This document shows, one piece after another, positions 40,505 through 50,563 of a DNA stretch of 64,000 nt. The notes under the pieces are model-generated. The model did not search any database. It worked only from the letters and a program-made list of their open reading frames with translations, and was not told where the DNA came from. Location: the NCBI GenBank assembly GCA_030681525.1, contig JAUXSD010000344.1, forward strand, positions 1,342-65,341. The letters are read 5' to 3'. This DNA comes from Solirubrobacteraceae bacterium (lineage in GTDB: Bacteria; Actinomycetota; Thermoleophilia; Solirubrobacterales; Solirubrobacteraceae). The translations under genes were made by a program, and so were the position numbers. How positions within the stretch are numbered: the stretch's first letter is position 1; the number at the start of each line of letters is the position of its first letter.

Positions 40505-41824
40505 GTGGCCAGCCGCATGAGCAACGATCGTCAACCCATCGGCGTCATCGGGACCGGCTACGTCGGCCTGGTCACCGCCGCCGGCTTCGCGCACCTCGGC
40601 AGCGACGTCTACTGCATCGACATCGACGCCGACAAGATCGCCCGCCTGCAGGCCGGCGAGATCCCCATCTACGAGCCCGGCCTGGCCGAGATGGTCGCGG
40701 AGAACCGCGAGCGGCTGCACTTCTCGACGAACATCGCCGAGGCGCTCGAGCACGCCCGGCTGCTGTTCGTGGCCGTCGGCACGCCGCCGACCTACTCGGG
40801 CGACGCGGACCTCAGCGCCGTGCACTCCGTGGTCGATGCGATCCCCGCGTCGGACCGCCACGCGCTCGTCATGAAGTCGACCGTGCCCGCGGGGACGGGC
40901 GCCTCGATCAAGCGCGTCCTCAAGACGGAGGGCAAGGAGGGCCTGTCGTACGTCTCGTGCCCGGAGTTCCTCAAGGAGGGCTCGGCGGTCAAGGACTTCC
41001 TCAACCCTGACCGCGTCGTCATCGGCGACGACGGCGACTGGGCGGGCGACGCCGTCGTCGAGCTCTACGCGCCGCTTGACGCTGCGCTCGTGCGCACCGA
41101 CATCGCCTCGGCCGAGATGGTCAAGCTCGCCTCGAACGCCTTCCTGGCCACGAAGATCTCGTTCATCAACGAGATCGCCAACGTCTGCGAGGAGACCGGG
41201 TCGGACGTCATCGAGGTCGCCCGCGGGATGGGCCTCGACGACCGGATCGGCCAGAAGTTCCTGCAGGCCGGGATCGGATTCGGGGGCTCATGCTTCCCGA
41301 AGGATGTGAATGCGTTAAAGCAACTTGCTGGTAATTCCGGTTACCACTTCCAGTTACTGAACGCCGTTATTGAAGTGAACGAGCTGCAGAAGCGGCGGGT
41401 CATCTCCAAGCTGCAAAAGCACCTCGGCTCGCTCGTGGGGCGGACGGTCACGCTGCTCGGCCTGGCCTTCAAGCCCAACACAGACGACATGCGCGAGGCG
41501 TCCTCGCTCGTGCTCAGCGCGCGGCTGCAGGCCGACGGCGCCAAGGTGCGCGTCTTCGACCCGATCGCCGAGGAGGAGGCGCGCCACCTCATCCGCGGCG
41601 TGCACTTCGCCACCGACGCGATGGATGCGATCGAGGGCGCCGATGCCGTCGTCCTCGTGACCGAGTGGGACGAGTTCATCACGCTCGACTGGGCGCAGGT
41701 CGCCGAGCGGATGGCCGGCACGCTCGTCCTCGACGGCCGCAACGCGCTCGATCGCGAGGCGGTCGCCGCCGCGGGGCTGACCTACGAGGGCATCGGACGC
41801 GGGACGCTGACATCCTTGCGCTGA
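40505..41824 (+). CDS. ugd: UDP-glucose 6-dehydrogenase (alternative start ATG 40517)
   Basis: IGVIGTGYVGLVTAAGFA and catalytic GFGGSCFPKD. 439 aa. Confidence 0.92.
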   Translation: MASRMSNDRQPIGVIGTGYVGLVTAAGFAHLGSDVYCIDIDADKIARLQAGEIPIYEPGLAEMVAENRERLHFSTNIAEALEHARLLFVAVGTPPTYSGDADLSAVHSVVDAIPASDRHALVMKSTVPAGTGASIKRVLKTEGKEGLSYVSCPEFLKEGSAVKDFLNPDRVVIGDDGDWAGDAVVELYAPLDAALVRTDIASAEMVKLASNAFLATKISFINEIANVCEETGSDVIEVARGMGLDDRIGQKFLQAGIGFGGSCFPKDVNALKQLAGNSGYHFQLLNAVIEVNELQKRRVISKLQKHLGSLVGRTVTLLGLAFKPNTDDMREASSLVLSARLQADGAKVRVFDPIAEEEARHLIRGVHFATDAMDAIEGADAVVLVTEWDEFITLDWAQVAERMAGTLVLDGRNALDREAVAAAGLTYEGIGRGTLTSLR

Positions 41825-41852
41825 TGGCCCCCATGGCAGCGCGGCTGGTCTC

Positions 41853-42962
41853 ATGCAGGCGGTGATCCTCGTCGGCGGCGAGGGGACACGCCTGCGGCCG
41901 CTGACCTCGACCGTGCCCAAGCCGGTGGTCGCGCTCGTCGACCGCCCGCTGATGGCCTACATGTTCGAGTGGCTGCACGGCCACGGCGTCGACGACGTGA
42001 TCATGTCGTGCGGCTTCAAGGCGACGAAGGTGCGCGACGTGCTCGGCGACGGGTCGCAGTACGGCATCTCGCTGCGCTTCGTCGAGGAGCCCGATCCGCG
42101 CGGCACGGCGGGGGCGCTGAAGTTCGCCGAGGAGTTCCTCCAGGAGCGCTTCCTCATGCTCAACGGCGACGTGCTGACCGACCTCGACCTGTCCGCCCAG
42201 CTCGCGCAGCACGAGTCGACCGGCGCGACCGGGACGCTGGCGCTCGTGCCGGTCCCAGACCCGTCGAGCTACGGCCTCGTGCGGCTGCGCGGCGACCGGG
42301 CCGTCGAAGAGTTCCTCGAGAAGCCCTCGGCCGACACGGTGCTCGACACGAACCTCATCTCGGCGGGCGCGTACGTGCTGGAGCGCTCGGTGCTCGACCT
42401 CATCGCGCCGGATCGCAACGTCTCGATCGAGCGTGAGATCTGGCCCGCGCTCGTCGACCAGGGTCTGTACGGCTACGTCGACGACGATGCCTACTGGATC
42501 GACGTCGGCACGCCCCAGCGCTACCTGCAGGCGACCTTCGACATCCTCGAGGGCAAGGTGCGCACCGGGGTCGTCGCGAAGCTCGGCGAGGCGTATCTGT
42601 CCGTCGACCCGTCGGCGCAGGTCAGCGGGCGTGCGGTGCCGCCCGCGATCGTCGGCGCGAACTGCACGATCGGCGACGGCGCCCACGTCGGCAGCCTCGC
42701 CGTCCTCGGCGACGACGTCGCGATCGGTACGGGATCGATCGTCGAGCGCGCGGTCGTCCTGGCCGGCGCGCGGGTCGGCGAGGGCTGCGTCCTGCGCGAA
42801 TGCATCGTCGGTCCCGGCGCCCGCATCGGCGACCGCAGCCAGATCATCGGTGGGTCGATGATCGGCGAGGGCGTCATGATCGGCGCAGACAACGTCGTCG
42901 CGCGTGGTGCGCGCCTGTTCCCCGGCATGGAGGTACCCGATGGCGGCCTCGCCTTCGCATGA
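41853..42962 (+). CDS. NDP-sugar pyrophosphorylase (mannose-1-phosphate guanylyltransferase-like) with a C-terminal left-handed beta-helix
   Basis: MQAVILVGGEGTRLRPLTSTVPKP, then hexapeptide repeats at the C-terminus. Confidence 0.85.
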   Translation: MQAVILVGGEGTRLRPLTSTVPKPVVALVDRPLMAYMFEWLHGHGVDDVIMSCGFKATKVRDVLGDGSQYGISLRFVEEPDPRGTAGALKFAEEFLQERFLMLNGDVLTDLDLSAQLAQHESTGATGTLALVPVPDPSSYGLVRLRGDRAVEEFLEKPSADTVLDTNLISAGAYVLERSVLDLIAPDRNVSIEREIWPALVDQGLYGYVDDDAYWIDVGTPQRYLQATFDILEGKVRTGVVAKLGEAYLSVDPSAQVSGRAVPPAIVGANCTIGDGAHVGSLAVLGDDVAIGTGSIVERAVVLAGARVGEGCVLRECIVGPGARIGDRSQIIGGSMIGEGVMIGADNVVARGARLFPGMEVPDGGLAFA

Positions 42963-44019
42963 TGTGACCGAGCTGCGCCTCGACGCCGAGACGATCGCCG
43001 CGGTCGACCGCTCCGACATGCTCGCCGACATCGTCGGCCTGCCCGAGCACCTGCGCGACGCCCTGTGGAAGATCGAGTCGGCCGGTCTCGACCCGTGGGA
43101 CAGCCCGGGCGGCCTCGTCGTCGCCGGGATGGGCGGCTCGGCCGTCGGCGGGGCGCTCGCGCGGGCGATGCTCGGCGACCATGCGTCGCGGCCGGTGCTC
43201 GCCTCGCGCCAGTACGGCCTGCCGGCCTGGACGACGCCCGAGACGACGATCCTGTGCGCCTCCTACTCGGGGAACACCGAGGAGACGCTGGCCTGCTACG
43301 AGGCGGCCGGCGCGCTCGGCGCGCCCCGCGTGGTCGTCACGAGCGGCGGCCGGCTCGCCGAGCTCGCGCGCGCCGACGGCGTGCCGGTGATCCCGGTGGC
43401 GGGCGGCTTTCAGCCGCGCGCGGCGGTCGCCTACATGACGGTCGCGGCGCTCGAGGCAGCGTGGCTGTGCGGCGCCGGGCCGCGGATGGGCGCCGAGATC
43501 GACGTCGCCGCCGACCACCTCGAGCAGCTCGTCGTCGAGTGGGGCGCCGACGGCGCGGAGGACTGCGAGGCCAAGACGCTCGCGCGGGCGCTGCACGACA
43601 GCGTGCCGGTCATCGGGGGCGCCGGGCTGACGACGCCGATCGCCTACCGCTGGAAGACGCAGTTCAACGAGAACGCGAAGATCCCGGCGTTCACGCACGA
43701 GCTGCCCGAGCTCGACCACAACGAGCTCGTCGGCTGGCGCGACGCGTCGGCGCTGGGGCGCTTCGCCGCGATCTTCCTCGACGACAGCGACACGCATCCG
43801 CGGGTGAAGGAGCGCATTGCGCTGACGGCCGAGCTGATCGGCGACGGGGCGACCGGCACGCACGTCGTGCACACGCGCGGCCACCAGGCCGTAGAGCGCG
43901 TCCTGTCGCTCGTGCTGCTCGGCGACCTCGTCTCGCTCTACGTCGCGGTGCTGCGCGGCACCGACCCGACCCCGGTCGACGCGATCGAGACGCTGAAGCA
44001 GCGGTTGGCCGCCTCGTAG
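42940..44019 (+). CDS. SIS-domain bifunctional phosphoglucose/phosphomannose isomerase-like protein
   Basis: GLVVAGMGGSAVGG, CASYSGNTEETL, and C-terminal WKTQFNENAK...HELPELDHNE. Confidence 0.8.
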   Translation: MAASPSHDVTELRLDAETIAAVDRSDMLADIVGLPEHLRDALWKIESAGLDPWDSPGGLVVAGMGGSAVGGALARAMLGDHASRPVLASRQYGLPAWTTPETTILCASYSGNTEETLACYEAAGALGAPRVVVTSGGRLAELARADGVPVIPVAGGFQPRAAVAYMTVAALEAAWLCGAGPRMGAEIDVAADHLEQLVVEWGADGAEDCEAKTLARALHDSVPVIGGAGLTTPIAYRWKTQFNENAKIPAFTHELPELDHNELVGWRDASALGRFAAIFLDDSDTHPRVKERIALTAELIGDGATGTHVVHTRGHQAVERVLSLVLLGDLVSLYVAVLRGTDPTPVDAIETLKQRLAAS

Positions 44020-44020
44020 C

Positions 44021-44078
44021 ACGCTCCGCAACCTTGACACGGTCGTGGTACGCTCCGCAACCTTGACACGGTCGTGGT
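44021..44078. repeat. Perfect tandem duplication, 2 x 29 bp (ACGCTCCGCAACCTTGACACGGTCGTGGT), upstream of merR
   Basis: Copies at 44021-44049 and 44050-44078 are identical. Each carries a TTGACA hexamer. The second copy runs into an imperfect 24-nt palindrome ACCTTGACACGG/TCGTGGTAAGGT (18 of 24 self-complementary) and a TAAGGT box 10 nt before the ATG. Confidence 0.9.
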
Positions 44079-44093
44079 AAGGTTTGCCCGACC

Positions 44094-44471
44094 ATGGACG
44101 CTCTGACGATCCAAGAGGCCGCGCAGACGACCGACTGGTCGCCGCGCATGCTGCGCTACATCGAGCGCGCCGGGCTCATCGAGCCCCAGCGCTCGGAGGC
44201 CGGCTACCGGCTCTACGGGCCGGGCGAGCTGCAGCGTCTGCGGACGCTGCGCGAGCTCGCGACGCGCTTTGACATCGGGCTCGCCGAGATCGGCTTCGCG
44301 AAGCGGCTGTGCCGCGACGAGGAGCTCGCGAGCGCCGTCGACGCGTGGTTCGCGGCCGAGCCGCGCCGTCCCGAGGACGTCCCGCCGGCCGAGTGGCTGC
44401 GCTGGGAGCAGGACAAGCACACCAAGCTGCTGGCGCTCGCCAGAGCCACACCGGCGACAACGCACGCCTGA
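44094..44471 (+). CDS. MerR-family transcriptional regulator
   Basis: N-terminal [41 protein letters not shown]. 125 aa. Confidence 0.85.
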   Translation: MDALTIQEAAQTTDWSPRMLRYIERAGLIEPQRSEAGYRLYGPGELQRLRTLRELATRFDIGLAEIGFAKRLCRDEELASAVDAWFAAEPRRPEDVPPAEWLRWEQDKHTKLLALARATPATTHA

Positions 44472-44488
44472 CCGAGGAGAAGCCCCGC

Positions 44489-45952
<1,464 letters not shown>

Positions 45953-45986
45953 ACCCAAGCAGCAGCCGCCGAAGGCTGCGCACGCT

Positions 45987-47219
45987 GTGGCGGATCTGGC
46001 CCTGGCCGAACAGGGCCGGGTCCGCATCGCGTGGGCCGACGGGCAGATGCCCGTCCTGCGCTCGATCCGCGAGCGCTTCGCGCGGGAGCGTCCGCTCGAC
46101 GGCGTGCGGGTGGCGGCCTGCCTGCACGTGACGTCGGAGACCGCGAACCTCCTGCGCACGCTGATCGCGGGGGGAGCCGAGGCACAGCTGTGCGCCGCCA
46201 ACCCGCTGTCGACGCAGGACGACGTCGCCGCGGCCCTGGCCGATCGGTACGGCGTCGGCGTCTACGCGATCCGCGGCGAGGACGCCGACACGTACGCCGC
46301 GCACGTCGTCGGCCTCGCCTCGCGAACGCCGCACGTCACGCTCGACGACGGCGCCGACCTGCTGAGCGTCCTGCACGGCGGCGACGAGTCGTGGCGCGGC
46401 TCCCTGCTCGGCGGCACCGAGGAGACCACCACCGGGCTCGTGCGCCTGCGCGGCCTCGAGCACGACGGCCTGCTGCGCTGCCCGGTCCTCGCCGTCAACG
46501 AGTCGCTCACCGAGCGCACGTTCAACGACCGCTACGGCACCGGCCAGTCGACGCTCGACGGCATCCTGCGTGCGACGAACATGCTGCTCGCCGGCCGCAC
46601 CGTCGTCGTCTTCGGCTACGGCTGGACGGGCAAGGGCGTGGCCCTGCGCGCCAAGGGCGCCGGCGCGTCGGTGATCGTGTGCGAGGTCGACCCGATGCGC
46701 GCGCTCGAGGCGCGGATGGACGGCTGCGAGGTCATGCCCGCGCTGGAGGCCGCCGCGCAGGGCGACGTCTTCATCACCGTCACCGGCGGGCGCGACGTGC
46801 TCGTGCGCGAGCACTTCGAGCGGATGAAGGACGGCGCGATGCTGGCCAACGCCGGCCACTTCGACGTCGAGATCGCGGTCGACCAGCTCGCCGGGCTGGC
46901 GTCGAGCCGCCGCCAGGTCCTCCCGCTCGTCGAGCAGTTCGAGGTCGGCACGCGGCGCCTGAACCTGCTCGCCCAGGGCCGCGTGGTGAACCTCGCCGCC
47001 GCGGAGGGCCACCCGGCCGCGGTGATGGACATGTCGTTCGCCGGCCAGGCCCTGTGCGTCGAGCATCTCGCCCGCCACGGCGCCTCGCTCGAGCCCCGCG
47101 TGCTGCCGGTGCCGCACGAGATCGATCGCGAGGTGGCGCGCCTGAAGCTGGCCTCGCTCGACGTGCGCATCGACGAGCTGAGCGAGGCGCAGCGCGCGTA
47201 CCTGACGAGCTGGGGGTAG
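45987..47219 (+). CDS. Adenosylhomocysteinase-family paralogue, short (archaeal-like) form
   Basis: 410 aa. MPVL, EETTTG, NDRYGTGQS, GYGWTGKG (versus GYGDVGKG in its neighbour) and HFDVEI motifs. It lacks the internal insertion of the long form. Confidence 0.85.
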   Translation: MADLALAEQGRVRIAWADGQMPVLRSIRERFARERPLDGVRVAACLHVTSETANLLRTLIAGGAEAQLCAANPLSTQDDVAAALADRYGVGVYAIRGEDADTYAAHVVGLASRTPHVTLDDGADLLSVLHGGDESWRGSLLGGTEETTTGLVRLRGLEHDGLLRCPVLAVNESLTERTFNDRYGTGQSTLDGILRATNMLLAGRTVVVFGYGWTGKGVALRAKGAGASVIVCEVDPMRALEARMDGCEVMPALEAAAQGDVFITVTGGRDVLVREHFERMKDGAMLANAGHFDVEIAVDQLAGLASSRRQVLPLVEQFEVGTRRLNLLAQGRVVNLAAAEGHPAAVMDMSFAGQALCVEHLARHGASLEPRVLPVPHEIDREVARLKLASLDVRIDELSEAQRAYLTSWG

Positions 47220-47220
47220 G

Positions 47221-48618
47221 TTGCCCGCCGTGAGCGAGAACGCCCGGAGCACGGCCGTGGAGAAGATGCGCGCCGACGGCGTGGCCGACGTCGCGGTCAA
47301 GACGTTCGCGCACTACTACGAGCTGCTGCAGGCGGGGGAGACCGGGACCCTCGCCGAGTCCGAGATCGAGCCGGTCGAGACGCTCCCGGACGCCGACGAG
47401 CTGGCCGACGACGACGAGGGCGCGAACGACGCGCTCGCACGGACGGTCGTCGTCAAGCTCAACGGAGGCCTGGGCACGAGCATGGGGATGACCGGGCCCA
47501 AGTCGCTGCTGGAGGTCAAGGACGGGCTGACGTTCCTCGACATCACCGTGCAGCAGATCCGCGACCTGCGCGAGCACACCGGCGCCCGCCTGCCGCTCGT
47601 GCTCATGAACTCCTTCGCCACGCGCGACGCGTCGCTGGAGGCCCTTGCGCCGTACCCGGACCTACCGGTCGACGGCGTGCCCGCGGACTTCCTGCAGAGC
47701 AAGGTCCCCAAGCTCGCCGCCGACGACCTGACCCCGGCCACGTGGCCCGGCGACCCGGCGCTGGAGTGGGCGCCGCCGGGGCACGGCGACCTGTATCCCT
47801 CGCTGCTGAGCTCGGGCCTGCTCGAGGCGCTGCTCGACGGCGGCTACCGCTACGCGTTCGTCGCCAACGTCGACAACCTCGGCGCGGTGCTCGAGCCCAG
47901 GATCCTCGCCTGGTTCGCGCGCGAGGAGATCCCGTTTCTCATGGAGGTGGCCGACCGCACGGCGGCCGACCGCAAGGGCGGACACCTCGCGCGGCGATCC
48001 GATGGCGGCCTCGTCCTGCGCGAGATCGCGCAGACGCCACAGGAGGACGTAGAGACCTTCCAGGACACCGCGCGCCACCGGTTCTTCAACACGAACACGC
48101 TGTGGATCGACCTGCGCGCGCTGGCCGACGTGCTCGATACGCGCGACGGGGTGCTCGGGCTGCCGATGATCGTCAACCGCAAGACGGTCGACCCGGGCGA
48201 CGCGGACTCGCCGGCGGTCATCCAGCTCGAGACGGCGATGGGCGCGGCGATCGACGTCTTCGACGGCGCGCAGGCGATCCGCGTCGGGCGCGAGCGCTTC
48301 GCGCCGGTCAAGACGACCGACGACCTGCTCGCGCTGCGCTCCGACGCCTACGAGCTCACCGAGTCCGGGCGGATGGTGCTCGCCGCGGGGCGCACGGAGG
48401 CGCCGCTCGTGGAGCTCGACGCGCGGTTCTTCAAGCTCGTGCGCGACTTCGAGGCGCGCTTCGCGTCGGGACCGCCGTCGCTCGTGCAGGCGCAGCGGCT
48501 GACCGTGCGCGGCGACGTCGCGTTCGGCGCCGGCGTCGTGGTGCGCGGCGAGGTCACGGTCGAGCACGACGGCGACGGGCAGCGGCGCATCGAGGACGGG
48601 ACGGTGCTCGAGGGCTGA
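47221..48618 (+). CDS. UTP--glucose-1-phosphate uridylyltransferase, UDPGP (eukaryote-type) family
   Basis: VVKLNGGLGTSMGMTGPKSLLEVKDG signature. Start at TTG 47221 or GTG 47230. Confidence 0.85.
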   Translation: MPAVSENARSTAVEKMRADGVADVAVKTFAHYYELLQAGETGTLAESEIEPVETLPDADELADDDEGANDALARTVVVKLNGGLGTSMGMTGPKSLLEVKDGLTFLDITVQQIRDLREHTGARLPLVLMNSFATRDASLEALAPYPDLPVDGVPADFLQSKVPKLAADDLTPATWPGDPALEWAPPGHGDLYPSLLSSGLLEALLDGGYRYAFVANVDNLGAVLEPRILAWFAREEIPFLMEVADRTAADRKGGHLARRSDGGLVLREIAQTPQEDVETFQDTARHRFFNTNTLWIDLRALADVLDTRDGVLGLPMIVNRKTVDPGDADSPAVIQLETAMGAAIDVFDGAQAIRVGRERFAPVKTTDDLLALRSDAYELTESGRMVLAAGRTEAPLVELDARFFKLVRDFEARFASGPPSLVQAQRLTVRGDVAFGAGVVVRGEVTVEHDGDGQRRIEDGTVLEG

Positions 48619-48876
48619 CTTCGGCCGGCTTGGTGCGCTTCGCGCTGCGTTCGCTCCGCCGTCGGCGAACTGCACCTCTGAGTGTGAGTCTGTCGCTGCC
48701 GTTGGCCCCGGCCGGACGGCCCGCACCGACCAGACCCACGCCCTCGGTGATGTGGTTTCAGCGCGGTCGCCTCCGAAACAGACGTCGCGCGCGCAGCGCC
48801 CGCCACGCCGGCGCACCTCCACCCCGCAGAACTCGATGGGGCATCCTGAACGCGTGACCGACGAGCGCACATCGCG

Positions 48877-49620
48877 ATGATCGACCCCGCCACCGGCGTC
48901 GGGGTGCTCGCCGCGCTGGCGGCCGGGCTCGTGTCGTTTCTCAGCCCGTGCGTGCTGCCGCTCGTGCCCGGCTACCTGTCGGCCGTCTCCGGCGTCAAGC
49001 CGTCCGAGCTCGAGGAGGCGTCGCTGCGGCGCGTGCTCGTGCCGGCGCTGTTGTTCGTCGCGAGCTTCTCGGCGATCTTCATCATCCTCGGGCTCGGCGC
49101 GACGAAGCTCGGCGCGACGCTCAACGACCACCGCGAGACGCTCGAGCGCATCTCGGCGGTCGTGATCATCTCGCTCGGCCTGTTCTTCCTGGCCACGCCG
49201 TTCATCGCCCGCCTCGGTCGCGAGTGGCACATCGACGCGCTCGTGGAGCGCGCCGGGCACGGCGGGCCGCTCGTCGTCGGCGCGGCCTTCGCGGTCGCGT
49301 GGACGCCGTGCGTGGGGCCGACGCTCGGCGCGATCCTCACCGCCGCCTCGCTGTCGGACTCCGCCGCACACGGGGCCTACCTGCTGGCGTGGTACTCGGC
49401 CGGCCTGGCGATCCCGTTCCTGCTGACCGCGATCGCCTTCAGCCGGATGACGACGCTGTTCGCCGTCGTCAAGCGCCACTACGCGGCGATCGTCGCGACG
49501 GGCGGCGCGATCCTCGTCGTCATGGGCGTGCTCATCTGGACCGGCGAGCTCACCCAGCTCAACATCGAGGCCCAGCGCCTGCTCGACAACGTCGGGCTGG
49601 ACTTCCTCAACGGTCTTTAG
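48877..49620 (+). CDS. ccdA: Cytochrome c biogenesis thiol-disulfide transporter CcdA (DsbD family)
   Basis: LSPCVLPLVPGYLS and WTPCVGP motifs. 6 TM. Confidence 0.88.
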   Translation: MIDPATGVGVLAALAAGLVSFLSPCVLPLVPGYLSAVSGVKPSELEEASLRRVLVPALLFVASFSAIFIILGLGATKLGATLNDHRETLERISAVVIISLGLFFLATPFIARLGREWHIDALVERAGHGGPLVVGAAFAVAWTPCVGPTLGAILTAASLSDSAAHGAYLLAWYSAGLAIPFLLTAIAFSRMTTLFAVVKRHYAAIVATGGAILVVMGVLIWTGELTQLNIEAQRLLDNVGLDFLNGL

Positions 49621-50410
49621 TGCGCGCGGCGGTCGCGGCCCGGCGCGCGGCGTCGGCCGCCGCCTCGGCGTCGTCCTCCAGGCGCTCCCGGCGCTGGTCC
49701 TCGCGCTCGCTCTCGCTCAGCGCGCGCGTGAACAGGAACACGAGCGCCACGCCCATGACGATCGACTGCTCGAGCGCCATGATGAGCCCGCCGACCGCCT
49801 GGTCGGTGCCCGGGGAGAGGCCCCAATACCCCGGCTGGCGCTCGTAGAAGTCGTAGATCGCGTCGGGCGAGAACGCGAGCAGGATGCCGAGCAGGCCGAC
49901 GAACACCTTCGTGGCGAGCATGTAGACGACCGGGCCCATCCCGCCCAGCCGCTGGCGGGCGCGGATCGGCGAGAGCAGATGCCACCAGTACAGCCCGCCG
50001 GCGATGGCGAACGACACGTGCTCGAGGACGTGCAGGACCGGGCTCTCGAGCGCCGCGTCGTACATCGCGGGGATGTGCCAGACCGCCATCGTGACGACGT
50101 AGAGCACGATCGCGAAGACCGGGTGGGCGAGCGGGCCGGCGCGGCGCTCGATGCGCACGAGGCGGCGCGTCAGCGGGCGCAGCAGCACCTTCGAGAGTCC
50201 GAGCAGCACGAGGATCGGGGCGAGGTCGAGCAGCAGCAGGTGCTGGACCATGTGCATGAGAAAGAGCTGCTCGCCGAGGCGGTCGACGGGTGAGCACAGG
50301 GCGAACAGGATCAGCGCCATCCCGGCGAGGAAGCTCGTCAGCCGGCCGGCCGAGCCGTCGATCTGCCGCCAGCGGCGCACGTAGAGGAACGTCAGCGCCG
50401 CCACGAGCAC
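49607..50410 (-). CDS. ctaG: Cytochrome c oxidase assembly factor CtaG (caa3 type); true start probably upstream at a non-canonical codon
   Basis: FLMHMVQHLLLLDLAPILVLLG motif. Polytopic membrane protein. A coding-like in-frame extension with the family-typical WSFEPGP motif lies upstream of the first GTG. Confidence 0.75.
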   Translation of the reverse strand: MLVAALTFLYVRRWRQIDGSAGRLTSFLAGMALILFALCSPVDRLGEQLFLMHMVQHLLLLDLAPILVLLGLSKVLLRPLTRRLVRIERRAGPLAHPVFAIVLYVVTMAVWHIPAMYDAALESPVLHVLEHVSFAIAGGLYWWHLLSPIRARQRLGGMGPVVYMLATKVFVGLLGILLAFSPDAIYDFYERQPGYWGLSPGTDQAVGGLIMALEQSIVMGVALVFLFTRALSESEREDQRRERLEDDAEAAADAARRAATAARTKDR

Positions 50411-50563
50411 GATCGGGCCCGGCTCGAAGGACCAGCTGGCGTCGGGGGCGACGGCGAGGGACGCGGCCAGGATGCCCGCGATTGTGCCATCCGTGTGAGT
50501 GCCTGCGCAGAATCGTCACGATCCGCGTGTCCGCCGGCCCACGATCCGCGCGACGATCATCGC

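Noticed and set aside
44021-44078. CRISPR-like repeat.
   Set aside because: There are only two directly abutting identical 29-bp units, with no spacers and no cas genes. It is a simple tandem duplication.
44472-44488. SAH riboswitch in front of ahcY.
   Set aside because: The merR-ahcY gap is 17 nt and holds only a GAGGAGA ribosome-binding site, so there is no room for a riboswitch.
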